From: Candidatus Latescibacterota bacterium
Lineage (GTDB): Bacteria; Latescibacterota; UBA2968; GCA-2709665
Assembly: GCA_965222075.1 (NCBI GenBank)
Contig: OZ244937.1
Location: forward strand, 512,001-576,000
Reading direction: 5' to 3'
Length of the DNA: 64,000 nt
Both the position numbers and the translations under genes were made by a program. The first letter of the stretch is position 1; each line of letters starts with the position of its first letter. The notes beneath the pieces are model-generated. The model searched no databases. It worked only from the letters and a program-made list of their open reading frames with translations, and was not told where the DNA came from. Positions 1 to 10,158 of the stretch are shown piece after piece.

Positions 1-833
1 ACGATGGACCAGAAGAGCCGGCTGTTGCTGGCGGCCCCCAGGTAGGCGGCGAGCAGGTCGGCCGTGGTTGCCCAGGTATCGGCTTCGGGCGGGGCGGAGA
101 GGGCCAGGGCGAGGTGTTCCCGGGATACATTGTCCCGTTTTACCGTGCGGGTGGAGGTGTGGAAGGTGGGGGCGGGCTGTGTGCGGCCCGCCTCCTGAGG
201 CTCCCAGCCCCCGCAGTGGGTTTCCACCGCGCGGATGATTTCGTCCCGGTCGAATTTTCCCGTGATGATGAAGGTCAGGTTGTTGGGGGCGTAGCGGCGC
301 TGGAAATAGTCGGCCATCCGGTCCCGGGTGATGCCGCCCACGGTCTCTTCGGTTCCCAGGATGCTCCGACCGAGGGGGTGGCCGGCAAAGGTGTCCTGGA
401 TGAGTTCGTCGACGATGAGGGCGTCGGGGCGGTCCCTGTACATAGCGATCTCTTCGAGGATGACCTTTTTTTCCATATCGAACTCACCGGGGGGGAGGGT
501 GGATCGCATCATGTCGCTCAGGATCTCGATCGAGTCGCCCGCCCGCTCGCTCTGCACCCAGTGGAAGTAGGCGGTGCCTTCCCACCAGGTATAGGCGTTC
601 CACATGGCGCCCAGGTCGTCCACGTCTAAGGTGAGCTGGCGCCAGTCTCTTTTTGTTGTGCCTTTAAAGCACATGTGCTCTAAAAAGTGGGAGACGCCGG
701 CCAACCCGGCGGGTTCGTCCCGGGAGCCGGTATTGGCAAAAAAGCCGAGTGCCGCAGAGTTGATTCGAGGGATGGTCTCGAAGACGAGGGTAAGGCCGTT
801 GTCCAGGGTGTGTTTGGAGAAGGGTGAAGACAT
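1..833 (-). CDS. M16 family (insulinase/pitrilysin) zinc peptidase, catalytic subunit; runs off the window edge
   Basis: Manual translation from ATG 833: MSSPFSKHTLDNGLTLVFETIPRINSAALGFFANTGSRDEPAGLAGVSHFLEHMCFKG, containing the HxxEH motif. Confidence 0.9.
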   Translation of the reverse strand, partial: MSSPFSKHTLDNGLTLVFETIPRINSAALGFFANTGSRDEPAGLAGVSHFLEHMCFKGTTKRDWRQLTLDVDDLGAMWNAYTWWEGTAYFHWVQSERAGDSIEILSDMMRSTLPPGEFDMEKKVILEEIAMYRDRPDALIVDELIQDTFAGHPLGRSILGTEETVGGITRDRMADYFQRRYAPNNLTFIITGKFDRDEIIRAVETHCGGWEPQEAGRTQPAPTFHTSTRTVKRDNVSREHLALALSAPPEADTWATTADLLAAYLGAASNSRLFWSI

Positions 834-902
834 GGAGTGCTCCCGGGGTGAATGTTGTTCTCATCAGTTTTGTGGGAATTGTGAATTGTCCATCCCCCTA
901 TC

Positions 903-2141
903 TTAAGGTTCAAGGGAGCGGGGGCCCAGCGTGACCAGGGTGGCAGGAGCCGGCGGAAAGGCCTTCAGGTAGGCCGGGATCTGATCGAGGGTGACGCTGT
1001 CGATGCCCCGGGCGATGTCGTCAACGGAGCGCACCCTGCCTTCCAGGAAGAGGTCTTCGATGAGGCTGCCCGCCCGCCCGTCGGGGAGGTCGCCGGTGGT
1101 GAAGAGGCGGCCTTTGAGGACGGTTTTGGACCGGTCGAGTTCGTCCTGGGTAACGTCTTCGGCGAGGCGCTCGATTTCCCGGCGGCAGACGGCGAGGGTT
1201 TCATCGGCGCGATCGGCAGTGGTGCCGGCGTAGAGGACAATCAGGCCGCCGCCCCGGCGGGCACGGTAGAAGGCGGCCACGCTGTAGGCCAGCCCCCGCT
1301 TTTCTCGGACTTCGGTGAAGAGCCGGCTGGAGCCGCTGCCGGAAAGGACGGCTACGGCGAGCTGCCCGGCGTAGTAGAAGTCGTGCCCCCGGGGGACGGC
1401 CTGGAAAAGTATGCCGATGTGTTCCTGTTCGGACGGCTTGTCGTGGTGGACCGTGCGGGCGGCTACGGAGAGGGTGTACGGTGCGCCGGGCGTTTCGCCT
1501 TCGACGGACCATTCGCCAAAGGTTTCCTCGATGGCCTGAAAGATGTCGGAAGCTTCCAGGCCTCCGGCAACCGAGATCAGGAGGTCTTTGGGGTTGCAGA
1601 AGGTGGTCCAGTAGTTGCGCACGCCCGAGGCGGTGATGGTCGCAACCGTTTCCGGTTCGCCTAAGGGGATGCGGCCCATCGGGTCTCCCAGGCCGGCCTG
1701 GGAGGTGAGGTAGAGAACCTGCTGAACCGGGTTGTCCTCCAGCCGCTTCAGCTCTTCCAGGGCGAGGGTTTTGGCGATCTGCACCTGATCGTCGGGGAAG
1801 GAGGCGCTGCGGAAGATCTCCGCATAGAGGGCCAGGGTATCCCGGAAGTGCCGGGGCAAAAGCTGCGCGCGGAATTCGGTGTATTCCACAGCGGTGGACG
1901 ACCCTCGCCGGATGCCGAGGGTGTCGAAGGCGTCGAAGATATCGCGCGCATCCCGGGAGGGGGTGCCTTTAAACAGGGTATCTTCGGCGATGCGCGCCAT
2001 GCCCAGGCGGTCGGAAGGGTCATCTTTTGCGCCGAAGGTGAACCGGAAGACGACCACCGCCGATTGGGCGCCGGCCATCGGCTCGGCAACGGCCTGGATG
2101 CCGTTTTTGAGGGTGTGGCATTCCGGGGCGGGTGAACTCAT
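903..2141 (-). CDS. M16 family peptidase, non-catalytic partner subunit
   Basis: 412 aa; M16 fold motifs (LKNG..., SRLFTEVREKRGLAYSV), with HxxEH replaced by RIAED; tandem with the catalytic paralog. Confidence 0.85.
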   Translation of the reverse strand: MSSPAPECHTLKNGIQAVAEPMAGAQSAVVVFRFTFGAKDDPSDRLGMARIAEDTLFKGTPSRDARDIFDAFDTLGIRRGSSTAVEYTEFRAQLLPRHFRDTLALYAEIFRSASFPDDQVQIAKTLALEELKRLEDNPVQQVLYLTSQAGLGDPMGRIPLGEPETVATITASGVRNYWTTFCNPKDLLISVAGGLEASDIFQAIEETFGEWSVEGETPGAPYTLSVAARTVHHDKPSEQEHIGILFQAVPRGHDFYYAGQLAVAVLSGSGSSRLFTEVREKRGLAYSVAAFYRARRGGGLIVLYAGTTADRADETLAVCRREIERLAEDVTQDELDRSKTVLKGRLFTTGDLPDGRAGSLIEDLFLEGRVRSVDDIARGIDSVTLDQIPAYLKAFPPAPATLVTLGPRSLEP

Positions 2142-2361
2142 GGCGTCCCTTTCGTAGAGGTCGGATGAAACGGCGATGGGAAAAGGCAGACTACAAAATA
2201 ACGCGAAGAAGAGGCCCTGTCAACACCGTCCTGCCAGGCCACAGAGAGGTTGGCCACCGGAGCGTATGAAGTGGGGAGAACGCTTTTGGCCTTGACCGGG
2301 AGGGGGGCTGTGTGTATTATGCTGGGGAACGAGGGATTGAGGATTGGGGAAAGAGGGTTCT

Positions 2362-3335
2362 ATGAAAATAGCCGTAGAAGCGCTGCGGGAGGTTTGCCTG
2401 GGGATTCTGACCGGGCGGGAGGTGGGGGAAGAGGACGCCCGCATTGTGACCGATATCCTGCTGGAGGCGGAGCTGCGGGGGAAGCCGACCCACGGGTTGA
2501 TCCGGCTGCCCGGGATTGTCGAATGGAGCGCGTTGGGGCGGCGGCCGATGCGGCTGGCAAGGGAGGGGGGGGCGCACGCGCTGATTGACGGGCAGGAGAA
2601 CCTGGGCTACCTCGTGGCGCACCGCTGCGCCCGTATGGCGACGGGAAAGGCGAATGAAACGGGGATCGGGGTGGTGGGGGCGTTCAATACCGGGCACTGC
2701 GGGATGCTGGGGTATTATGCGTCAATGATGGCCGATGCGGGCGTGGTGGGGCTGGTGATGTGCGATACGAGTCCCCGGGTGGTGCCCTGGGGAGGCACCG
2801 AGCCGGTGCTGGGCACCAATCCGATCTCGGCGGGGTTTCCGGCGGGGGGGGGCAGGTGGTGGTGGACCTTTCCGTAGCGGCGATTACGAACGGGCAGATC
2901 CTGATGGCCATGGCCGATGGGAAACCGATTCCGGAGGGGTGCGCGCTGGGGCCGGACGGCCGTCCGGCAACGGACCCGGAGACGGCCAGAAAGGGGGCGG
3001 TGCTCCCCTTTGGCGGGCATAAGGGGTATGCTTTGGCGGTGATGATCCAGATTTTTTCGGGTGTTTTGGTTCGCGGGGCGCCGGTGCCCGAGCCGGGGGT
3101 GAATTACGGGATTTTTATGCTGGCGATTTCGCCGTCGGTCTTTCTGAAACGGGAGTTGTTCGAGGCCGGGGTGGGTGAACTGATCGATCGCATCAAGTCG
3201 GCCCGGCGGGCCGAAGGGGTCGGCGAGATCCTGCTGCCGGGTGAGCGGGCGTTCCAGGAGCGGGCGTTCCGGCTGCGGGAGGGGATCGACATGGATGAGG
3301 CACTCTGGCGGAAACTGGAGAGGCTGTTATCGTGA
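2362..3335 (+). CDS. Ldh_2 (malate/L-lactate/sulfolactate dehydrogenase-type) oxidoreductase, split by a frameshift in a G9 run at 2844-2852
   Basis: N half (THGLIRL, GHCGMLGYY, LGTNPI) and C half (VDLS, GGHKGYAL, LLPGE) lie in different frames joined at the homopolymer. Confidence 0.8.
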
Positions 3336-4015
3336 AAAAACTGGTTCTATTTGACATTGACGGGACGATTCTGAGTACCGGCGGCGCGGGTACCCGTTCG
3401 GTGCTGTGGGCGATGAAGACGGTGTTCGGGCGGGAGGTGGGCGTCGAGGATGGCTACTCGATGGGCGGGAAGACCGATGCGCAGATCGTGATAGAACTGC
3501 TGGAAGGCGCAGGGATCGGCCGGGAGGAGACCATCAGGAAGCTGGAACGGATCTGGACGCTTTATACCGCAGAGCTGGAACGGGAGATAAAGACATACGA
3601 TCCGACGGTGCATCCCGGGGTGCCCGAACTGCTGGAGCGGCTGCAGCCCGATGTGCTTCTGGGGCTGCTGACGGGCAATGTGGAGCGGGCGGCGTGGACG
3701 AAAGTGGGGCGGGTGGGGCTGGATCGATACTTCCGGATGGGGGCGTTTGGAGATAAGGCGCCCGAACGAAGGCTGCTGCCGGAGGTTGCGGTGCGAGAAG
3801 CGGAGGCCCTGGTGGGCCGGCGGTTTGAAGGGAAGGATATTGTGATTATCGGGGATACGCCCAATGATATTCTCTGCGGCAGGCACCTGCTTGTAAAGGC
3901 GGTGGCCGTGGCTACAGGGTCGTACTCTGCAGAAGAACTGGCCGAATATGAACCGGATTATCTCTTTGAAAACCTCTGCGATACAAAACGTGCGGCGGAG
4001 GCGGTTTTAAGTTGA
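3332..4015 (+). CDS. HAD-superfamily hydrolase/phosphatase
   Basis: LFDIDGT motif I, TGN motif II, IGDTPND motif IV. Confidence 0.9.
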   Translation: MKKLVLFDIDGTILSTGGAGTRSVLWAMKTVFGREVGVEDGYSMGGKTDAQIVIELLEGAGIGREETIRKLERIWTLYTAELEREIKTYDPTVHPGVPELLERLQPDVLLGLLTGNVERAAWTKVGRVGLDRYFRMGAFGDKAPERRLLPEVAVREAEALVGRRFEGKDIVIIGDTPNDILCGRHLLVKAVAVATGSYSAEELAEYEPDYLFENLCDTKRAAEAVLS

Positions 4016-4035
4016 TTTTCGGCCTTTCTTTTCTC

Positions 4036-4064
4036 TTGACAGGCGTACCCGGTTTGGGTACCTT
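4036..4064 (+). promoter_or_regulatory. sigma70-type promoter for the riboswitch-dapA leader
   Basis: TTGACA-17 bp-TACCTT immediately upstream of the aptamer. Confidence 0.6.
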
Positions 4065-4076
4065 TCGGACCACAGC

Positions 4077-4256
4077 AAGGGGAGAGGCGCAGCTCACCAC
4101 CAGTAGCCGGCGGGAGGGGGTGGATTCGTACCTGCCGTGTGAAAGGGGAGGCCTGCCGAAGTCCAATGCCCGCTCCACCACGGGCAGGGGCTGGTTCAGT
4201 GGATAAGATCTGCTGGACTGTCACAGGACAACAGACCCTGTGGAGCGCTCTCTTGA
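4077..4256 (+). ncRNA. Lysine riboswitch (L-box)
   Basis: Conserved blocks AGAGGCGC...AGTA...GAAAGGG...GCCGAA...CTGG...ACTGTC...GGAGCGCT with P1 pairing GAGAG/CTCTC, directly upstream of dapA. Confidence 0.88.
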
Positions 4257-4273
4257 CCACGCTGCGGCTGCCC

Positions 4274-4317
4274 GCAGCCGGTGATGCCTCTGCCCCTGGA
4301 TGCCGGCTGCTTTTTTA
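4274..4317 (+). terminator. Intrinsic terminator (riboswitch expression platform)
   Basis: GCAGCCGG...CCGGCTGC stem followed by TTTTTT, before dapA. Confidence 0.8.
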
Positions 4318-4382
4318 TTGCTTCACGCTGTCACAGGTTTTCGCACCAGGTGGGGCGCATCTTTTATTTCAGGAGGTCTGTT

Positions 4383-5417
4383 ATGTTCAGTGGATGCTAT
4401 ACCGCTTTGATTACGCCGTTTACCTCCGATAAAGGTGTGGATGAGGCGGGGCTGGAGAAGCTGATTGAATTTCAGGTCTCCGAAGGGGTAAGCGGTGTGC
4501 TTGCCGTAGGGACAACGGGGGAAAGCCCGACGCTGAACCGGGAGGAGCACAGCCGGGTGACCGAACGGGTGTGCGCGCTGGTGAAGGGGCACGGCCGGGC
4601 GATTGCGGGGACGGGGAGCAATTCGACGGAGGAGACGATGCGGGCAACCGAACACGCCGCGCATGCCGGCGCCGATACGGCCCTGCTGGTGGATCCCTAT
4701 TACAACGGTCCGAGTTCCTTAGAGATCCGGCGGGAGTACGTGGGGCCGGTGGCCGGGGCGTTCCCCGAGCTGGAGATGATCTGTTACGTGATTCCGGGAC
4801 GCACGGGCACCAGGCTGCTGCCGGAAGACCTGGCCATCCTCCACCGGGATTATCAGAATGTCAATACGGTGAAGGAGGCCACCGGCGATCTGGAAAACAT
4901 GGCCAGGACGCGGGAATGTTGCGGAGAGGATTTTAACATCCTTTCCGGAGATGACGACAAGACCTACGCCATGATGACGGACTCCGGGATCGTGGCCTCG
5001 GGGGTGATTTCGGTGATGTCCAACGTGGCCCCGGGGGCGATCCAGCGGTTTACCCGGGCCATCAATGAGGGAAACATGGAGGAGGCGGACGGCCTGGCCG
5101 AGGCGATGAAGCCGCTGTTCGGGATGGTCGGGGTGGCTTCGGAGGAGGAGACGCCCTTTGGAAAGACGGAGGTGAAGGCGCGTAATCCCCTGCCGGTCAA
5201 GACGATGATGAGCATCCTCGGGATGCCTGCCGGACCCTGCCGGCAGCCGCTGGGAAGGATGAACCAGAGCGGCCTGGAGAAGGTGCTGGACAACGCCCGC
5301 ACGGTGCAGCATAAGAATCCCGAGATCTTTGCTCCGATCGAGGCGTTCTTCAAAGTCGATATTGCGAAGCGCTTAGAGGGCTGGTCGGTTCCGGAGGGGC
5401 TGGCCTACACAGACTAA
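4383..5417 (+). CDS. dapA: 4-hydroxy-tetrahydrodipicolinate synthase
   Basis: TALITPF, GTTGES, PYYN, Y-IPGRTG, VKEATG, LSGDD, NPLPVK motifs. Confidence 0.92.
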   Translation: MFSGCYTALITPFTSDKGVDEAGLEKLIEFQVSEGVSGVLAVGTTGESPTLNREEHSRVTERVCALVKGHGRAIAGTGSNSTEETMRATEHAAHAGADTALLVDPYYNGPSSLEIRREYVGPVAGAFPELEMICYVIPGRTGTRLLPEDLAILHRDYQNVNTVKEATGDLENMARTRECCGEDFNILSGDDDKTYAMMTDSGIVASGVISVMSNVAPGAIQRFTRAINEGNMEEADGLAEAMKPLFGMVGVASEEETPFGKTEVKARNPLPVKTMMSILGMPAGPCRQPLGRMNQSGLEKVLDNARTVQHKNPEIFAPIEAFFKVDIAKRLEGWSVPEGLAYTD

Positions 5418-5434
5418 AGGATGATATTCAAAAG

Positions 5435-7246
5435 ATGATTAAGGAGGGCTGGGTGGCTGATGCAAGAAGGAGCAATCGGAAGCTGCTGGATTGGGTTGAG
5501 GAGGTAGCCAGGCTCTGTAAGCCCCAGAGCGTGCACTGGTGTGAGGGTTCGCAGGAGGAGTACGACCGGCTTGCACGATTGATGTGTGAGACCGGCACGT
5601 TCGTCCGGCTGAACCCCGCGTTGCGTCCCAACAGTTTTCTCTGCCGTTCGGATGCGGGGGATGTGGCCCGGGTGGAAGACCGCACCTTTATTTGCACCAC
5701 AAAGCGGGAAGACGCCGGACCGACGAACAACTGGAGCGATCCCGCTGAGATGAAGACCATCCTGCTGGGCCTGTTTGAGGGGGCGATGCGGGGGCGGACG
5801 ATGTATGTGATTCCGTATTCGATGGGGCCTGTGGGCGCATCCAGCTCCAAGATTGGGGTGGAGATTACGGATTCTCCTTACGTGGTGTGCAGCATGCGGA
5901 TTATGACCCGCATCGGAAACCGGGTGCTGGAGGCGCTGGGCGACGGTGCGTTTCTGCCCTGTTTACACTCGGTGGGCGCGCCCCTGGCGCCGGGACAGAA
6001 GGATGTGTCCTGGCCCTGCGATGCGGAGCGCAAGTATATTGTTCATTTTCCCGAGGACCCTTCCATCTGGTCCTACGGCTCGGGCTACGGCGGGAATGCC
6101 CTGCTGGGCAAGAAGTGCTTTGCGTTGCGCATTGCTTCGAAGATGGCGCGCGACGAAGGGTGGATGGCCGAGCACATGCTGATTCTGGGCCTCACTTCGC
6201 CCGAAGGTCGGAAGACTTATATCGGCGGAGCGTTCCCCTCGGCCTGCGGCAAGACGAACCTGGCCATGATCCAGCCCACGGTTCCGGGCTGGAAGGCGCA
6301 ATGCGTGGGCGACGATATCGCCTGGATGCGGCAGGGGGCGGACGGACGGCTCTGTGCGATCAATCCGGAGTCCGGGTTTTTCGGGGTGGCGCCCGGGACC
6401 AGTGAGGATTCAAACGCGAATGCGATGGCCGCGCTGACCAGGAACTCTATTTTTACCAATACGGCATTGACGTCCGAAGGGGATGTATGGTGGGAGGATA
6501 TGACCGGGAAACCGCCGCCCGGGCTGGAGGACTGGCTGGGCCGGCCCTGGGAGCCGGGCCCGGATGGGACGGCCTCCAATCCGAATGCCCGGTACACCGC
6601 CCCGGCGGCGCAGTGCCCGGTTATTGATCCGGACTGGGAGCGTCCCGACGGGGTGCCGATGGCGGCCTTTATTTTTGGCGGCCGGCGTTCCAGCATGGTG
6701 CCGCTGGTCTACGAGGCGTTCAACTGGACGCACGGCGTTTTTATGGGGTCGACCATGGGGTCGGAGACCACAGCCGCGGCTGCGGGCGCGGTGGGGAAAC
6801 TTCGCCGGGACCCGTTTGCCATGCTGCCCTTCTGCGGATATCACATGGGCGACTATTTCCAGCACTGGCTGGATATGGGAGAAAAGCTGAGGGAGAACGC
6901 GCCCAGGATTTTTTGCGTGAACTGGTTCCGAAAGGACGCGGACGGCGGCTGGCTCTGGCCCGGGTTCAGGGAGAACAGCCGGGTGCTGAGGTGGATTTGC
7001 GAGCGGATCGAGGGGGTGGCCGACGCGGTGGAGACGCCGATCGGCCTGGTGCCCACGCGGGAATCGCTGGATATGGATGGGCTGGATCTGCCGGAGGCCC
7101 ACATCGAGGAGCTGCTTTCGGTGCAGGCCGAGGACTGGCTGCTTGAGGTGCCCCGGATTCGCGAGTTCTACGCCCGGTTCGGAGACCGCCTGCCGGGCGC
7201 GCTGGCGGCAGAACTGGATGCGCTTGAGAAGCGGCTGAATCGGTGA
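5435..7246 (+). CDS. pckG: Phosphoenolpyruvate carboxykinase (GTP)
   Basis: [50 protein letters not shown] motifs. Confidence 0.95.
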   Translation: MIKEGWVADARRSNRKLLDWVEEVARLCKPQSVHWCEGSQEEYDRLARLMCETGTFVRLNPALRPNSFLCRSDAGDVARVEDRTFICTTKREDAGPTNNWSDPAEMKTILLGLFEGAMRGRTMYVIPYSMGPVGASSSKIGVEITDSPYVVCSMRIMTRIGNRVLEALGDGAFLPCLHSVGAPLAPGQKDVSWPCDAERKYIVHFPEDPSIWSYGSGYGGNALLGKKCFALRIASKMARDEGWMAEHMLILGLTSPEGRKTYIGGAFPSACGKTNLAMIQPTVPGWKAQCVGDDIAWMRQGADGRLCAINPESGFFGVAPGTSEDSNANAMAALTRNSIFTNTALTSEGDVWWEDMTGKPPPGLEDWLGRPWEPGPDGTASNPNARYTAPAAQCPVIDPDWERPDGVPMAAFIFGGRRSSMVPLVYEAFNWTHGVFMGSTMGSETTAAAAGAVGKLRRDPFAMLPFCGYHMGDYFQHWLDMGEKLRENAPRIFCVNWFRKDADGGWLWPGFRENSRVLRWICERIEGVADAVETPIGLVPTRESLDMDGLDLPEAHIEELLSVQAEDWLLEVPRIREFYARFGDRLPGALAAELDALEKRLNR

Positions 7247-7259
7247 ATTGGAGGACGCG

Positions 7260-8066
7260 ATGGTCAGGGTTGTGATCTGTGGTATTGCCGGCCGGATGTG
7301 CGGGCGGATTGCCCACCTGGTGATGGAGGCGGACGATCTGGAGCTTACAGGAGGCGTGGAGGCGCCCGGAAATCCGGCGGTGGGGCGGGATGTGGGCGAT
7401 GTGCTCGGCGGGGGCCGTCTGGGGGTTCACGTGGTGGACGACCTGGAGGCGGTGGTGGAACGCGCCGATGTGGTGGTGGCGTTTACGGTGCCCCCGGATG
7501 GGACGGTGGAGGCCGCAAAGGTCGCCGGAGAGGCCGGGAAGGCGATGGTGGTGGGCACCACCGGAATGTCGGCCGAGCAGCTTGAGACCTTCAAACGCGC
7601 CGTTTCGGAGGTGCCATGCGTGTTTGCGCCCAGCTTCAGCGTGGGGGTGACCGTGCTGGTGAAGCTGGTGGAAGAGGCGGCAAAGATGATGGGCGATGAC
7701 TACGATGTGGAGATCGTGGAGGCGCACCACCATTTTAAAAAGGATGCGCCCAGTGGAACAGCGCTGGCGCTGGGCCGGGCGGCGGCGGCCGGCCTGGGGC
7801 GGGACTTAAACAGGGTGGGTCTGTACGGCCGGTATGGGGATGTGGGCGCACGGACCGTGCAGGAGATCGGCATCCATGCGGTTCGCGCAGGAGATCTGGC
7901 CGGGGAGCATACCGTCATGTTCGGAGGGACCGGAGAGGTGATCCAGTTTGTGCACCGGGCGCAAAGCCGGGACTCCTATGCAACGGGCGCCCTTCGGGCG
8001 GTGCGGTTTGTCGCCGGGGCCTCTGCGGGGCTTTACAGTATGCGGGATGTGCTGGGGATTGCGTAG
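7260..8066 (+). CDS. dapB: 4-hydroxy-tetrahydrodipicolinate reductase
   Basis: GIAGRM, GTTG, EAHHHFKKDAPSGTA, GEHTVMF motifs. Confidence 0.95.
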   Translation: MVRVVICGIAGRMCGRIAHLVMEADDLELTGGVEAPGNPAVGRDVGDVLGGGRLGVHVVDDLEAVVERADVVVAFTVPPDGTVEAAKVAGEAGKAMVVGTTGMSAEQLETFKRAVSEVPCVFAPSFSVGVTVLVKLVEEAAKMMGDDYDVEIVEAHHHFKKDAPSGTALALGRAAAAGLGRDLNRVGLYGRYGDVGARTVQEIGIHAVRAGDLAGEHTVMFGGTGEVIQFVHRAQSRDSYATGALRAVRFVAGASAGLYSMRDVLGIA

Positions 8067-8148
8067 GGGCCAGGAGCGGTCTGTGCGGACATGAGATGGC
8101 TCTATTCGAGGCGTGTTTTCGATCTGCGTTGTGAAGGGAGACATTCAG

Positions 8149-10107
8149 ATGGCTACGGAAGTTCGCAATGTGGCGCAGGCGATTGAGGGGGGGCATACCC
8201 TGGCGGTTGCAGACCAGGTGCTGATCGATCCGGAGCCGGGAACGCTGGTTTCGCGGGTAGAGGATCTGCTGGCTGCGGTTGGGGAGAACCAGGTCCCGGC
8301 GGATCAGGTCTGCCGGACGCTGATCCGGCTGGGGATGAATTTTGTCGGGCGGGATGCGGAGATTGTGGGGTACGGCGCAGATGAGGCCGAGGCGGCGCTG
8401 GACCGGGTGCTGCTGGCGATCGACGACCTGGAGGGGTCGGCCGCGTCCGCTATGGGAGAGGTGGTGGGCGCGTTCATAGCCGATATGAATTCGGTGAATT
8501 TGGGCGACAGCCTGTCCGGGCTGCTGGCCGAGAGGATCGAGCCGGATCTGGACGGCAGCAATCCGGGGCGGTCCTTCCTGGTGCTGTTGAAACAGCAGAT
8601 GCGCAGCGGCGTGTACTGGCAGATGATCGGGGAGCGGTACTGCAAGTTCGGCAACGATTTCGCCCGTGGGCTGGAGTACCTCCGGCATTACGGGTTCTGC
8701 CAGGTATCGACCAATCCGGTGCTGGCGGCCAAGGCGTTTGACGAGGACGATTCGCTGACCGGGGAACTCAAGGCCGAGATCGACAAACACGACGACTGGA
8801 AGCAGCACCCGGAGGCGCACGCAGACGAGATCGCGATGGCTGCCACGCTGATCGCCCTGTGGCCCAATCTGTCGATTTTCCGCCCCTTAGCGCTGCATAC
8901 CGGCCTGAAGGACTACATGGTGAGCTTTCAGCTCAATCCGAATATCGCCGACGATGCCGATGCGAGCATTGAGGATGCAAGCAGCGCCCACCGCCTGGCG
9001 GCCGACTTTTTGGAGGCGTACGACCGCCTGCTGGGGCTGGGCGACCGGTCGGGCAAGGTTGATCCCAATATCGTGTTTAAGGTGGCGGCCAGCCACAAGG
9101 CGGCGCGGCGGATTACCGAGGTGCTGAACGGCAGGGGGATCGGCTCGAACAATACGGTGGTTTATACGGTAGCCCAGGAGGTGCAGCTGATCCTGGATGC
9201 GTTTGAAGGAAAGGCCGAGGCGGTCCGGAGCGGTCGGCCGGTGGTGCGGACCTATGAGACGAATATGGGCGGGCGGTTTGTGAGCCACCTGCGGGAGGTA
9301 GAGGCCCAGAAGATTTTCACGGCCGCCGCTGCCAGGGCGGGCGATGAGGCGGCCGCGGAGATCTTAGACGCGCTGGCCAGCGCGCTGGGGGTGGACGAAG
9401 CTGAGAAGGTGGGCCTGGCATCCGTGGCCGAGAAGGCGGCGGCGATCTGCGCGTACACGTTCCTCAAGTCGCTGGACCATCCGGAGGTGCTGAAGGCGGC
9501 CGAGGCGGCCGGGCAGTCTGCGGAGGCCGTACAGGTGCTGGAGGAGGACCTGAAGAAGGCGGGCACGCTGGTGGCCCGGCGGGTCTACTGGGTGTTCTAC
9601 AGCCCGGAGAACCGGCCCAGGTGGATGAGCTACCTGCAGAAGGCCTACGGGTTGACCGGGGATCAGGCGCGGGAGGTCTTGACGTCGATGGATGTACTTC
9701 CGGCGTCGAAGCGGATTCCGGAGGATACCTACCACACGCTGGGCGCGTCGAATATGTGCAATACGGAGTTTCCGAACCACGCGCGTGCGGTCCAGATGAA
9801 ATCGGAGGAGGAGGGGTTCAACCTGGCGGATCACAGGGATGCGGTGCTGGACAGCTACGAGCCGGGGGTGGCGCAGCGGCTGCGGGAGCTGCCCGATTTC
9901 TGTCGGGGCTACGATCTGACGCCGGCGTTGAAGTCGTTCCTGGCCGACGATGTGGGCATTGATGTGGGGAGCTGGCCGACGCAGGGGATGGAACCCGAAG
10001 ACTGGCCGGGGTTCGGGTCGGTGCGGAAGACGAGTGCGGAGTTCCAGGCAGCCTACGATACGTTTGCGGCCAGGTGCGTGGAGATCGCCAGGGAGGTCGC
10101 GGGGTAG
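8149..10107 (+). CDS. Transaldolase-family protein, long form (~650 aa)
   Basis: VSTNP, SFQLNP, IVFKV (Schiff-base Lys position), NNTVVYTVAQ resemble transaldolase motifs. Confidence 0.7.
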   Translation: MATEVRNVAQAIEGGHTLAVADQVLIDPEPGTLVSRVEDLLAAVGENQVPADQVCRTLIRLGMNFVGRDAEIVGYGADEAEAALDRVLLAIDDLEGSAASAMGEVVGAFIADMNSVNLGDSLSGLLAERIEPDLDGSNPGRSFLVLLKQQMRSGVYWQMIGERYCKFGNDFARGLEYLRHYGFCQVSTNPVLAAKAFDEDDSLTGELKAEIDKHDDWKQHPEAHADEIAMAATLIALWPNLSIFRPLALHTGLKDYMVSFQLNPNIADDADASIEDASSAHRLAADFLEAYDRLLGLGDRSGKVDPNIVFKVAASHKAARRITEVLNGRGIGSNNTVVYTVAQEVQLILDAFEGKAEAVRSGRPVVRTYETNMGGRFVSHLREVEAQKIFTAAAARAGDEAAAEILDALASALGVDEAEKVGLASVAEKAAAICAYTFLKSLDHPEVLKAAEAAGQSAEAVQVLEEDLKKAGTLVARRVYWVFYSPENRPRWMSYLQKAYGLTGDQAREVLTSMDVLPASKRIPEDTYHTLGASNMCNTEFPNHARAVQMKSEEEGFNLADHRDAVLDSYEPGVAQRLRELPDFCRGYDLTPALKSFLADDVGIDVGSWPTQGMEPEDWPGFGSVRKTSAEFQAAYDTFAARCVEIAREVAG

Positions 10108-10123
10108 TACAGGGAGCGGAAGA

Positions 10124-10158
10124 GAAAGGCGCATCTGAAAGGGTGCGCCTTTTTTATT
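10124..10158. terminator. Probable bidirectional intrinsic terminator
   Basis: AAAGGCGCATC-TGAAA-GGGTGCGCCTTT followed by a T run, between convergent genes. Confidence 0.75.
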
